64,000 nt of DNA from assembly GCF_006345805.1 (NCBI RefSeq), contig NC_043009.1, positions 12,400,001 through 12,464,000 on the forward strand, read 5' to 3'. Shown in pieces: positions 38,716 through 51,051 of this stretch. Each line of letters begins with the position of its first letter. Position 1 is the stretch's first letter. The notes under the pieces are model-generated. The model saw nothing but the letters and a program-made list of their open reading frames with translations. It was not told where the DNA came from and ran no database searches. The DNA comes from Octopus sinensis (taxonomy: Eukaryota). A program made the translations under genes and the position numbers.

Positions 38716-38924
38716 AATTTATATATGAGGATAATATCGATATTTAAGTATCAATATTATCAAGTGGCCAGCATGGAAAAATACTGTACAAAGGTAATAA
38801 TTTTTAACAATTAAAAATGAGAGTGTCTAAGAGACACCAACATGCCGAAATAGCAGTCGAAATTCTGACTATAAAAACCACGTTAAGTGTTCATATCGTA
38901 CCATGAGATAAGACAGAGGGACAA

Positions 38925-38973
<49 letters not shown>

Positions 38974-38974
<1 letters not shown>

Positions 38975-39351
38975 TGGCAGTATCACCCGGTGTGTTACTT
39001 GGGTTTGTTTCAACCCTTTAGTAAAGTAAAAAATTTGCATTATGCGACTTGTTATTCTCTTCAAGTGAACATTTTGCCAGTTGAAATACACCGAAAAATG
39101 GTGACACAGCAGTCAAAAATCGTAAAAATTAGGGATTTACATAGAAAAAAAAGCACCTTTTTGATGTAAATAATTTTTCGTGTTAACATGGTCCGATTTG
39201 AATTTTATCTTCTACAGAATGAAGACCAAGCCTTCTTCTATCATACTCTCAATTTTGGTCAACTTGCGCTGCAGGGTCTTGAAGGAGATAGTGTTAGTTG
39301 AAGGCTACCAAACCTGGCACACACAGACAACTTCAGCTTTATATATATAGA
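38974..39351 (-). mobile_element. Non-autonomous Helitron-like element
   Basis: Minus-strand 5' TC(TATATA), 3' hairpin followed by CCAG(T); sister copy at 52178. Confidence 0.7.
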
Positions 39352-39404
39352 TTTGCTACACACTACTTTCCATCCTTAATAATGAAACTTGGTAGATCCA
39401 AAAG

Positions 39405-39997
39405 TTAAACACACAGACACACACACAGATACACACACAGGCACACAAGTTGAGTTTTATATATAGAGATTTCTCAACGGGGATTTCAGGGGAGAGTTTC
39501 AGGGAGTCGCTGGCGATGTATCGTGATAATCACATATCCGTCCTGCTAAAAGTTGATTAAAGTGATTCAAACTGCAGACTCAACGCAAAATGGTCACATT
39601 TAATTCAAAGCGTTAAAAATGTTATGAAAACAACTGGTATGTTACAATGTTTACGGTGATTCGTTTTTATATCTTGATTTTTTATTTTTCATGCAATTTA
39701 CGCATGCTTGCATGCGTGGTGAACACAGTTCACGTCAAACAGCTGACTGAGTAAAGTTCACTATTCAATGCATGGGATAAGGCCTAAACAAACACATTAT
39801 CGATTTTTGCACTTGCGAGATGAATTTCGGAACAGAAATAGCGCAGTTCAATTTTCATTCGCCTAAACTTTAAGTGACCCATTTTTGGTGGTTCTACGAT
39901 TTGTTGGCTAGGAAGAGATGTGCCGGGAAGTTAAACACACGGACACACACACAGACACACACACAGACACACAAGTTTAGTTTTATATATATAGAGA
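39405..39997 (-). mobile_element. Fragments of a second Helitron-like family (two ATCTCTATATATAAAACT...TGTGTG 5' ends)
   Basis: Repeated ...cacacaagttt(a/g)gttttatatatagagat at about 39468 and 39997. Confidence 0.45.
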
Positions 39998-40513
39998 TAT
40001 CAGCTATAAGCTGGTGTAAAGAGAATCTTCTCCGTATTTATTGTTAAATGCATGTTCCAGAATGCCTCAAATAAGTTGACATATTTATGAAGGTACGCCA
40101 GTTTCCAGTCATAGTCAAACATCTGATCAGATAAACGTAATACAGGTACATCAGGGGAAGCTTAAGAATCCAGAAGATCGCTTAACCAGAAAACTTAAAC
40201 CGAAGCTCAATTTTCGATGTCAACGTGCTTTATGGAAACATCTAAGAAACATCAAATGCTACATTTATATACTATGGGTTTTATATCCTGCTCAAAATCA
40301 TTCTCCATCTTAAGTCACGTATATCTGACGGAGGGATTTCACCTAAAAGCTATTCTCTAAGAAATTCAAACGGCGACAGGGGAAAACTAAATGCTATTTT
40401 CGTCATTCAGCAAACGTTCACCCATCTGCAGATATTTGTTTTTTCTCGATATCTGACCATTATTTACTGTGATACCAAGTTACATTGTAGTGTTTTACAT
40501 AATTTATTTACAG

Positions 40514-40592
40514 AAGGCGTGATGAAAATGGTGTGTGAAGTTTTTGATCGATTTTCGCTTGAAGCTAATAAAAGAAAACTCGCAGCTAGGTT
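40514..40592 (+). CDS. Paralog 2 exon 6: GVMKMVCEVFDRFSLEANKRKLAAR
   Basis: tttacag| and |gtaagt; phase 1 to 2; 79-nt homolog at 57170-57248 (-) with first 26 nt identical. Confidence 0.88.
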
Positions 40593-40644
40593 GTAAGTAT
40601 TGAAGCAGTCTAACAAATATCGTTGTATATTCACAATTATTTTT

Positions 40645-40765
40645 ATCTTTTACTTGTTTCAGTTGTTAGACTGCGGCCATGCTGAGGCACCACTTTCAAG
40701 AATTTTTAGTCGAATAAATCGACCCAGTATTTGTATTTTTTAAACCTGGTATTTGTTCTATCGGT
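40645..40765 (-). mobile_element. SINE family A 3' fragment
   Basis: tcttttacttgtttcag...ctgcggccatgctg...ttctatcggt. Confidence 0.7.
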
Positions 40766-41398
40766 TCATATAATATCAATACAGATTTGAAACAATGGCC
40801 ACCTTCCTTGCATGAGAAGTATAGCCCGCCTACACCGCCATTGATGTTGAACTTTCCTGTAACGCTAAGCAGCTTGCGAATTCAAACACCTGTCTCATTC
40901 AGTCCTTGTACTAACCGGTTCAGAAGGCCAAACGTAGGCGTGACTACAGGCACTACAAAGGTGTCGTGGGCAATCTATTTGTTGTAAGCTGAGAGTTCTG
41001 GTGACAATATTCTCTTTAATATTCATTTCTAGTTCACTCCTTATTTATTTGTAAGCGACAGCAGATACATAAGAAAAAGGAGGAAAGGTGCAGAAAGTCC
41101 AAGTCGTTTTTTCTCATGTAACTACTGCCGCTTACTTAGCAATGCTGTGACACCACATGACCTTTCTTGACCAATTGCAGCCCATCTTGCGGTAGCCATC
41201 TTGGATTTCCTGCACCTCTCCGTTTATTCGAATTTCCGCCAGCCTAAGGAAGAGGGCCTGTTAGGGGATTTGAAAGTTGAAGTAGCCCGGGATCGGAATC
41301 AAACAGTTTTGAACAGTCTATATACGCACATGAAATATAGTACAATATAAATACAAAACAGTATAAAATATTTTATATGTATACATACATATATGCTA

Positions 41399-41439
<41 letters not shown>

Positions 41440-41515
41440 TATATATATATATATATACATGCATATATATATATATATATATATATAGATATGTATATGT
41501 ATATACACACACATA

Positions 41516-41562
<47 letters not shown>

Positions 41563-42065
41563 GTATGTGTGTGTATGTATGTATGTGTGTATGTATGTAT
41601 GTATGCATGTATGTATGTGAATGTATATATGTGTATGCATGCATGCATGTATGTATGTATGTACATATGTATGTGGTATAAACAGAATATAAGACATTTT
41701 ACATGTATATGTATACTTATATATAATCATATCCTTAAATCCGTAAACCTTTAAAATGTTACACATTATATATACATACTTTGTGTGTATATATTCATTC
41801 ATATTCATCTACATGCGTTCATATGTGCATACATACATACACACACCCATACATACACACACATATATACGTACATATATACATACATATACACACATAC
41901 ACATACCTACTTAAATACATGCATACATATATACATACATACATATAGAAGTTTATCATTTAAGTATATATGAACATGTTTTGACATGCAACTTTACGCA
42001 TGAGAATACATACAAAAAAGAAAATATACAAATCTGCATATATATATATATATATATATATTTCT

Positions 42066-42281
42066 TAACTACCCACAAGGGGCTAAACACAGAGGGGACA
42101 AACAAGGACAGACAAAGGGATTAAGTCGATTACATCAACCCCAGTATGTAACTGGTACTTAATTTAACGACCCCGAAAGGATGAAAGGCAAAGTCGACCT
42201 CGGCGGAATTTGAACTCGGAACGTAACGACAGACGAAATACGGCTACGCATTTTGCCCGGCATGCTAACGTTTCTGCCAGC
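42066..42281 (-). mobile_element. SINE family C
   Basis: acccacaaggggctaaac...gtcgacctcggcggaatttgaactc...ctgccagctc. Confidence 0.8.
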
Positions 42282-42351
42282 TCTCATGCAAGGAAGGTGG
42301 CCATTGTTTCAAATCTGTATTGATATTATATGAACCGATAGAACAAATGCC

Positions 42352-42570
42352 GTTGATGTTGAAATTCTAATGAAGGAGCCTCTGATCTAGGTTAGAAACC
42401 GGCTCTTTCTCCATTAGCCAGAGATCTAAAAATAAAACTAAATAATGACATACATACATACAAACAAAACACCCGGTTGTTGATGTTGAAATTCCAGTGA
42501 AGCAGCCTTAGATCTAGGTTAGAAACCGGTTCTTTATTAGCAAGAAATCTTGAAATAAACTGAATAATGA
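42352..42570 (+). repeat. Two tandem copies of an approximately 100-bp (TACA)n-tailed repeat
   Basis: ttgatgttgaaatt...gatctaggttagaaaccgg...aataatgac twice. Confidence 0.75.
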
Positions 42571-42632
42571 CAAACATACATATATACATACATACATACA
42601 TACATGCATACATACATACATACATACATACA

Positions 42633-42666
<34 letters not shown>

Positions 42667-43043
42667 CATACATATATACATACATAAGTGTCTCATCTCA
42701 GAGGATACCCGAATCACATTCAGTCTGATTTACTTTAATCCTTACATGTGTGGAGATATGACTATTCATGTTGCCATATATTCATCGCCATAGATCTTGA
42801 TAAAATAAAAAACGGATCAGCAAATAAAAAACCATACTGAGACATCTCTACGTTTTCGGTTTTAAGTGATAAAAGTTTGTATGACACTTGCCTCTATCTT
42901 GGTCGCAATATCAGGTTCCAATGACAAGCATTTATTTCTTTATTACCCACAAGGGGCTAAACACAGGGAGGACAAACAAGGACAGACAAGTGGATTAAGT
43001 CGATTACATCGATATCTCTTAAGGCCTCAAAGTAAAACCATGG

Positions 43044-43245
43044 GCGTGGCTGTGTGGTAAGAAGCTTGCTTCCCAACCACATGGCTCATGGTTCAGTCCC
43101 ACTGGATGGCACCTTGGGTGAGTTTCTTCTACTATAGCCTCGGCCCGACCAAATCCTTGAGTGGATTTCGTAGGCAGAAACTGAAAGTCGTCGTCGTGTG
43201 TGTGTGTATGTGTGTGTGTGTGTGTGTGTTTGTGTGTGTGGTGTG

Positions 43246-43320
<75 letters not shown>

Positions 43321-43587
43321 GTTGTGTTTGTGTATGTGTGTGTATGTGTGTCTGTCTGTGTCTCTGTGTCTGTGTGTGTTTGCTCCCTCACTACCAACGC
43401 CTGACAACTGGTGTTGGTGTGTTTACGTTCGCTTAACTTACTGGTTCGGCAAAAGAGATTGCTTGGCTAAGTAATAGGCTGAGAATTAGTCCTGAGGTCG
43501 ATTTGTGCAATTAGAATAAAAAAACCCTTCCGGGCGGTGCTCCTAGGCGACCGCATTCAAATGTCTGAAACAAGTAAAAGGTTAAAG
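43044..43587 (+). mobile_element. SINE family A, diverged
   Basis: Head, (TG)n and tail all recognisable. Confidence 0.82.
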
Positions 43588-43856
43588 GCATACATACATA
43601 CATACATACATACATACATACATACATACATACATACATACATGCATGCATACATGTATACATACAAACATCCATCCATCTATATATACATACATACGTA
43701 CGTACATGCATGCATACAAACATCCATCCATACATACATATATACGTATGTACGTATATACATACATACCTGCCTGCATGCACACATAAATGCATGTATG
43801 TATGCATACAGACGTGTGCTTTCATGCATACATGTATATATATCTTTTCGTTTCAG

Positions 43857-43964
43857 GTTAGATTTTCAGGTTGGTGTTTGGAATAACATTTTCACTACAG
43901 AAAAAGAAACGACAACGATGGCATTAGACATCGAGACCCCCGTTCCGACCAACGAAACAAACAG
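43857..43964 (+). CDS. Paralog 2 exon 7: Thr/Glu-rich tail exon LDFQVGVWNNIFTTEKETTTMALDIETPVPTNETN
   Basis: gtttcag| and |gtaatt; 108 nt, phase 2-2. Confidence 0.82.
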
Positions 43965-44104
43965 GTAATTTTAACTGTAGTAACGTTAACCATAATGACA
44001 TACATACATACATACATACATACATACATACATACATACATACATACATGTATGCATGCACACGTGCGCTTTCATTCATACATGTATATATCTATTCGTT
44101 CCAG

Positions 44105-44212
44105 CAATGGTCCTCATGGTGGTGATTGGAATCAAACTTCCACTATGGAAATGGAAATGACAACGAAGGTATCAAACAACGACGACCCCGTTACGACCCA
44201 GGGAACAAACAG
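44105..44212 (+). CDS. Paralog 2 exon 8: duplicated tail exon NGPHGGDWNQTSTMEMEMTTKVSNNDDPVTTQGTN
   Basis: gttccag| and |gtaatt; 108 nt, phase 2-2; 248 bp from exon 7 with the same intron module. Confidence 0.78.
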
Positions 44213-44513
44213 GTAATTTAACCATAGTGACATTACGTTAATTTAATGAGACTAGGCTGTCATAATCTTGTTCAATAAAAATACAAGGGTGTGTCAGGTT
44301 TAAAGATCCATTTCAATGAAATCAGGCAATTTTTTTTCAAAATCTGACAGAATTGTGTGTCTTTTATTTAACTATGATACTAAAACTAATAGATTTATGA
44401 ATCTTCACTCAAAACTTTCAACATGTGCTCTGTCTGTATCAATGCAAATTACAATCTATCGATAGCGTTTCTTTATGTATATACGCACATGTAGATTATA
44501 AACAATATATGAC

Positions 44514-44557
<44 letters not shown>

Positions 44558-44660
44558 TAACGGAAGCTTTATGAAAATAAACAAAAGACGAAGGCAGGTG
44601 GTGGGAAAACAAACGAACAATTGTATTAGTATGGCGCTCAGGAAATATAAATAAAACAAG

Positions 44661-44698
44661 TCTTTAACGTTTCGAGCCTACGCTCTTCAACAGAAAGA
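44661..44698 (-). ncRNA. Minimal hammerhead-like motif (core variant CUGUUGA)
   Basis: TCTTT-CTGTTGA-A-GAGC(GTAG)GCTC-GAAAC-GTT-AAAGA; same family as 601-636. Confidence 0.5.
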
Positions 44699-44772
44699 TA
44701 CACAGAGAGAGAAAAAAAACAGAAAGAAGGAGAGAAAAAAAATGCGTGCAGTAGCTAACGAATCAACATGGC

Positions 44773-44872
44773 NNNNNNNNNNNNNNNNNNNNNNNNNNNN
44801 NNNNNNNNNNNNNNNNNNNNNNNNNNNNNNNNNNNNNNNNNNNNNNNNNNNNNNNNNNNNNNNNNNNNNNNN
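44773..44872. other. Assembly gap (100 N)
   Basis: Run of n. Confidence 1.
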
Positions 44873-45089
44873 GGTTAGCAAGCTACTTACCACACAGCCA
44901 CTCCTGCGCCTATTGATTCATTTTTTTTTTTTTTTTCCTTTCTTAAAAAGGAAAATTATTATTTTGTTTAAAATGAAATATTAATCTTTATCCTTTAAAC
45001 CAAAAGGCAGAAAAACAGACAAAGAGACTATCTCTTTATAGATGAAGATCCGTTGCAATGGGACGAGCTGAATCTCATAAGAATGGAAA

Positions 45090-45690
45090 AACAAACAACA
45101 AATGGGTTTTACCTTATAATGAAACTCTTTTAGGATCATTCAAATGCTACTGCAACGTCTGAAATTGTTGTCTCAGTGAGGTCAATTAAGTACGTCATCA
45201 AGTACACGCTGAAAGAAAATGACCACGCTGTTTTCATATAAACAATGATAAAGAAATTAGTCAATATCTAAATGGTTAGGCATATCGGACGACCCGAAGC
45301 GAAGCAGTTGCACCCGATTTAGGATTTCCAATTCATGAAAGAGTACCTGCAATCGTGAGATTGCAAGTTCATCTACCAGATGAACAAAGAATGTTGCTCA
45401 GAAATAATGAGGATAGATATGGCTGTCAATGAACGACATATGAGAACAACATTGACAAAATTTTTTTGATTGTGTATCAATGATGACTTTGCAAAATCAT
45501 TACTTTATGCTGAAGTATTTCACTCGGAACAATAGGAACAAAGAATGGCAAAGAAGGAAGCGAGGGAATAAAGTTGAAGGCCATTTGAACGTTTTCAAAG
45601 AAGAAAAACCTTTGTCGTATTTATGTTGTCAAACCAAAGGCAGAAGAACTGTATTATTTAAGAATTTTACTGCATGAAGTTCTAAATAGT
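45090..45690 (+). mobile_element. Helitron Rep/helicase coding remnant
   Basis: NKWVLPYN..LL, CNVEIVVSVRSIKYVIKY, ISQYLNGR.IG, GFPIHERVPAIVRLQVHLP, LYYLRILLHEV across frameshifts. Confidence 0.8.
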
Positions 45691-45802
45691 AGTTTTTCCT
45701 TTCCCGCTGCACATCGACTTTTTCAACTTGGAGTGGTTATGACCCATCGGGTCACGACGGGTGCATCTACTACATGTATGAATATATATGGATACATCTT
45801 TT

Positions 45803-45998
45803 ATCTTTTACTTGTTACAGTCATTAAACTACTGCCATGCTGGGGCACCATCTTCGAGTGCATTAATCGATTGTATGGAACCCAGTGCTTAGCTTTAAGT
45901 GCCTGGCATTTATTTTATCGGTCTCTTTTGCCGAACCGCTATGTTATGAATACATAAACAAAGCAACAGCGGTTGTCAAATGTAGTAGGGGACAAACA
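45803..45998 (-). mobile_element. SINE family A 3' half
   Basis: tcttttacttg...atcggtctcttttgccgaaccgct...gggacaaac. Confidence 0.75.
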
Positions 45999-46125
45999 CG
46001 AAAATAACACAAACGCACGCACATACACACACATACATATATATAAATACACATACACACATATATATATATACATATAGATATACATAATAACATATAT
46101 ATATACATACATACATATATATAAC

Positions 46126-46214
<89 letters not shown>

Positions 46215-47091
46215 AACAAGTCATATAATATATAAGTTCAGCAAAATTTAGATTCAAATGAATATGGTACTTAAGTCAGACGGACCAGAATTTGTATGGT
46301 ATTATCCATATAAATCCATGTGGTGATTATAATCAAAGTAAGCAACAAGAATATCTTCGGTAATTTGGTACGATTGTTTCATGCTACATCATTTTATTAA
46401 ACACTGGTGGGGTGTACATTATTCTGGAAAGTTATAGTGAGATTTGGGAGTAAAATAGTTTGGGAAACAGTTTTATGTGAAGAATCGTTCATAATAACAG
46501 ACGAAAAGTAGATGTGTTTAGTAAAGCTTAGTAAGTACTTGGACAATAGAAAAGAAAGTTCCTCTGACAATTTTATATAAACAACTAATGACAATTAATG
46601 TATAATAAAAGTATACAATGTAAAGTTTAATAGCCATCTCAATATGGCTAACCACAAAGGGTGGGTTTTACTGTAGCTTTTAGTCCTAGGAGATCATCGT
46701 CTCCAGCTGGCTTTAGGCACACATTCTGTGCACTTATGGTATTTGCAAAGGGAGGTCATCCCTCCCTCGTAAACCTAAGCGATACGCACGGACTGCAGTT
46801 TCGAGGTAATTTGCCTCTTGTCAACGTACGGTAATCAGTATACTAGTTCATGGGAAAAGACCGAGTGAGCAAAATCTTAGCTATAAGGTCAAAATTCCTT
46901 GTAGTACTTCTTCTTCGATTGAAAAGGAAAATAAATACCATTAAGTAATGGAGATGTTTTGGCTTAATCGACTAATACATCTACTATCTTTGTTACATGT
47001 ATGCTGCTAAATTAAATAGCAGCTACCTCTCTGCATTGTCTTAAAATCACACTGCATTGTCTTAAAAAGGACTGTTAGAATGTTGCTTCAG

Positions 47092-47136
47092 ATATGCAAA
47101 AGATGAGTTGGCGATAACTGAAGAAGTGCTAAGGTA
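47092..47136 (+). CDS. Candidate terminal exon of paralog 2 (RYAKDELAITEEVLR*)
   Basis: ttgcttcag| acceptor, phase-2 compatible, ELAITEEVLR resembles EQASTEEIER of paralog 1; short, and the true exon could lie in the N gap. Confidence 0.3.
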
Positions 47137-47494
47137 GCTAAGATGAAAACGGCAACACCTGCTAACTAAATTGAGCTTTCGAAAGTTAATTTCTTCGCCA
47201 CGATGAAGACGAAAAAGAAGAGGATAAATTCAAGGGAGATAACTTCTGTTTCCTTGTACCCTTATGTAATTATTTCCCTTGGATTGAATTGTTGAAATAA
47301 TCACGGGCAACAAATTGTGATATGGATTAGATTTTGCACGTTTCAATATTTATCAGGGTTTTTGGTTGGCCTTGTCATTTCAGCGTCGGATAAAATATTT
47401 TGCACCATTCTGAGTTTAGATACAGCCCAGGTCGGCCTTACATTTCTACTTTTCGGGATCGGTGAGATAAAGTAACCAATAAAGTACTGAAATA

Positions 47495-47674
47495 GGCGCA
47501 GGAGTGGCTGTGTGGTAAGTAACTTGCTTACCAACCACATGGTTCCGGGTTCAGTCCCACTGCGTGGCACCTTGGGCAAGTGTTTTCTACTATAGCCTCG
47601 GGCCGACCAAAGCCTTGTGAGTGGATTTGGTAGGCGGAAACTGGAAGAAGCCCGTCGTATATATATATATAAAT

Positions 47675-47722
<48 letters not shown>

Positions 47723-47915
47723 CTGTGCATTTGTGTGTCTGTGTTTGTCCCCCCAGCATCGCTTGACAACCGACGCTGGTGTCTTTACGTCCTCGTAACT
47801 AAGCGGTTCGGCAAAAGAGACCGATAGAATAAGTACTAGACTTACAAAGAATAAGTTAAGTCCTAGAGTCAATTTCCTCGACTAAAGGCGGTGCTCCAGT
47901 ATCGCCGCAGTCAAA
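47495..47915 (+). mobile_element. SINE family A, near full length
   Basis: Head-to-tail match. Confidence 0.9.
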
Positions 47916-48429
47916 TAAGTAAACGAGCAAGAAAAGAAAAAAAATACAAATAGTATCTGTGATGAATCAAAATAAACGGTGACATTTTTCGAATTAATGC
48001 TTATCAATATCATAATACGTCCAAATTATTGCTAGAAACGTGTAAATACATCACTGAAATTGATATCATTCTCCGTGAGAAGTCATTTGGAAAAATAGCT
48101 TATCATATCTTCTTTCTCATATTTTAGACTATAGCTAAAAGTTTGCTTCATGAGTATATTGTCCAAAGATTCATCCTACTGCATAGTAATTTTTTAAACA
48201 AGTATTTTCTAAGGTAACATGTGGCTAATCAGAACTGAAACTTCCATGCGTTAACATGTACCTTCTTGCAACAAATGTAAACTTTCATTTAATCAAGGTA
48301 TCCTTGGCCTGAAGAGTAACCTGCGATGTACACCTCGCTTGGATATTTACCACATTTGAGATTCCGCTCGCTATGAAACGTATGTAGCCCGAATCTTATG
48401 TACTCCATTCCTTAACCCTTATATATATA

Positions 48430-48850
48430 AGAGAGAACAATATCCCAAAATTTGGAAGCGGGCTCCTCAGGAAGCATGCTCCCTCTGACGACTTCCCATA
48501 CAACACCAAAGCAGCTTGATTAACATACCTTGAAGGAGATCTGGATCTGAAACGCTCAGCATACTAAAAGAAGGCTATGCATCGGTAAGTTTCCCGAACG
48601 CTTGAAGTAATATCGACATGTTGCGAAGCCTCTCTTGGACTCAGGCCCACTACATTACATCACAATTCGTAGCCTATGCATTTGCAACCCAAGAACAGGA
48701 TATTACTACGGAATACCTAATGAACAAAATGCAGCCGTAGATTATGTCATATTTCTGCGGAAGACATCTTCCGTGTGATTAGCAGCTCCCAAAAATGTCA
48801 AGGTCGTACCTCTATGCATCACGAAGGTGTAAATGCCGTTCGGAAAAAAA
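48430..48850 (+). mobile_element. Possible L1/Tx1-like LINE 3' remnant
   Basis: YYYGIPNEQNAAVDYVIFLRK resembles the post-zinc-knuckle region; weak. Confidence 0.3.
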
Positions 48851-49315
48851 GTCTGTCCTAGAATAAATATTGAAAATCTCCTTGTTATTGAATGCACACA
48901 CAAACACCATCAATGAACATGAATATATGAAAAGAGAAACTCACTGCGAGTGAGAAGTGTAATCAAACAAGCCTTACAATGACGCTCAGGGACAAAAGGT
49001 TTTTGTTTTTCATAAGTTTATAGTCGACGGTGCTTGTTTAAGATACTATGTAGTAAGATCTGAATCCGTAACATCAAGATTGCAACGGAAAACTTCTAAC
49101 CACTCAGTCGCAACTGCTTCCATGTATAATATAAACAAATTTACCAACACATATTTCACGGATAACTTGCCTTTGGATTGTTATGAAATAATTGTATTGA
49201 GGAAGTGGGTGAGAGAGAGAGTGGGGAAACCATGTCATAGCAACCGCATCTCATTAAATCCAGCAACCGACTTTTAGAATGAGAGGAAACATTCGTTAAC
49301 GTAATCACAGATATA

Positions 49316-49720
49316 GGCGCAGGAGTGGCTGTGAGGTAGGTAGCTTGCTAACCAACCACATGGTTGCAGGTTCAGTCCCACTGCGTGGCATCTTGGGCAA
49401 GTGTCTTCTGCTATAGCCCCGTGCCGACCAATGCCTTGTGAGTGGATTTGGTAGACGGAAACTGAAAGAAGCCTGTCGTATGTATGTATATATGTATGTG
49501 TGTGTATATGTTTGTGTGTGTGTGTTTGTCCCCACAACTTCACTTGACAACCGATGCTGGTGTCTTTACGTCCCCGTCACTTAGCGGTTCGGCAAAAGAG
49601 ACCGATAAAATAAGTACTGGGCTTACAAAGAATAAGTCCCGGGGTCGATTTGCTCGACTAAAGGCGGTGCTCCAGCATGGCCGCAGTCAAATGACTGAAG
49701 CAAGTAAAAGAGTAAAAGAG
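49316..49720 (+). mobile_element. SINE family A, full length
   Basis: Head-to-tail match. Confidence 0.92.
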
Positions 49721-50049
49721 AGAGATATACAGAAAGCTAGCGTAATCGCGCTCAGAACCCATTTAGTCTTAGGTTTTCCTAATCAAGGATGACCTGAAAC
49801 TAAAACAACAACAATAGATTTTATTTTTTATAATTTTTTATTCTTTAGACTTATAATTAATTTTAATATCAAAGAAATACTTTCTCTTGTTTCAAATAGA
49901 AACCTTAAAGCCAGAAATTTTGAGAATAGGGGAGAATCGATTACATCGATCCCTAAATACTTCGTTTTTTATTTTATTGACCTGGGGCAAAATGAGTCCT
50001 TTCTGATTTTTCCGCTAATTTCTCTTTACCTGTTTGGAACTATTACAAT

Positions 50050-50900
50050 GTGAATCATCATTTTCAACAGTTGTATTTTCGACTTGAGAATAAAAGTTGG
50101 TAAGCATAGTTGTTTTGAAGTTGAGATGGTTGATAAATATGTTTTTTTTTGTTTTTTTCAAGAAATTTTTCCTCAATTTTGGCCCGATTGTAATTGAGAT
50201 GGTTAATAAAATATCTGGATACTTTTTGGTGTTTAAAACTTAATAGTCTTTTCTCTGTTGGATTCCAAGTCAATTTTTTCCCAACACTAATGTCTAATTT
50301 GTTAATCTTCCAAATTTTCAAAATATGACGTCTAAAGTATGACAAAATGAGCAATAACTAATTTCAATAATCCTTTTCCTTTTAACTTCATGGTGTATAA
50401 ATATTGGGAAGCGAACTATTCCAGAAGATCCAGGAGAAATTATAGAGAATATTCTAAGTTGAGTTTTTAGATTTAGCCGAGTTTCGTTAATTTCACCCCA
50501 TGTGTTATTTTTACAAGATTCTTTTTCATTTGACCTGCATACTTTTTCCTTCCTGGTATATTTCTGATCAATCTGATGGCTATAGAAATGCATGAGTTTG
50601 CTTTTCAAAAGTAATTCTAGAGAATTGAAGAAGTACATTTACCTTATTTTGTTTTACCCTTTTTTACCACACCTAAATTTGTCTTTTGCATACTCAAAGA
50701 AAACGGAGATAATTTTCTGAAATACTGTTCTGAATATGTTGTAGTGATTGTAATGTATTCAGAGAAGGTCATTTGTTTAGCTGATATAGTTTTTCTAAGG
50801 CAGAGAACGTTTGTAATTTTTTTTCCTCAAAGACAAAAATGCAGCGAATATTACTCATCGTATTAACTGCCTTTCTTCAAAATTGCTTATCCGATTAACT
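50050..50900 (-). mobile_element. Probable Penelope-like RT/linker remnant
   Basis: NTW...LNLKT...RFP....RKRIIEISY resembles the PLE WFNPP...KT...FP...NTVKISYSC region; heavily decayed. Confidence 0.4.
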
Positions 50901-50927
50901 GGCCAGTTAGATTTGTGGTAATATTTG

Positions 50928-51051
50928 TTATGTTAAGTCGTTGAACGCTTGGTTGTCTGCGTAATCTTTGCTTCTTTCACCAGCAATATTTGTTGTCGAT
51001 TCTGTTACTGCAGTCGAAATGCTGTCCGAAAATCCAGCCGAGATGCCTGGC
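50928..51051 (-). CDS. Paralog 3 terminal exon PGISAGFSDSISTAVTESTTNIAGERSKDYADNQAFNDLT*
   Basis: gatttcag|g acceptor, phase 2; upstream 48 nt match the paralog 1 intron module at 33/48 ungapped; G, I, T, E, TT align with exon 7. Confidence 0.68.

Noticed and set aside
47357-47461. Plus-strand hydrophobic exon (MFS/TM-like) joined to 50984-51060
   Set aside because: Phase 1 does not follow exon 8 (phase 2), and the 50984 partner overlaps the better-supported minus-strand terminal exon of paralog 3
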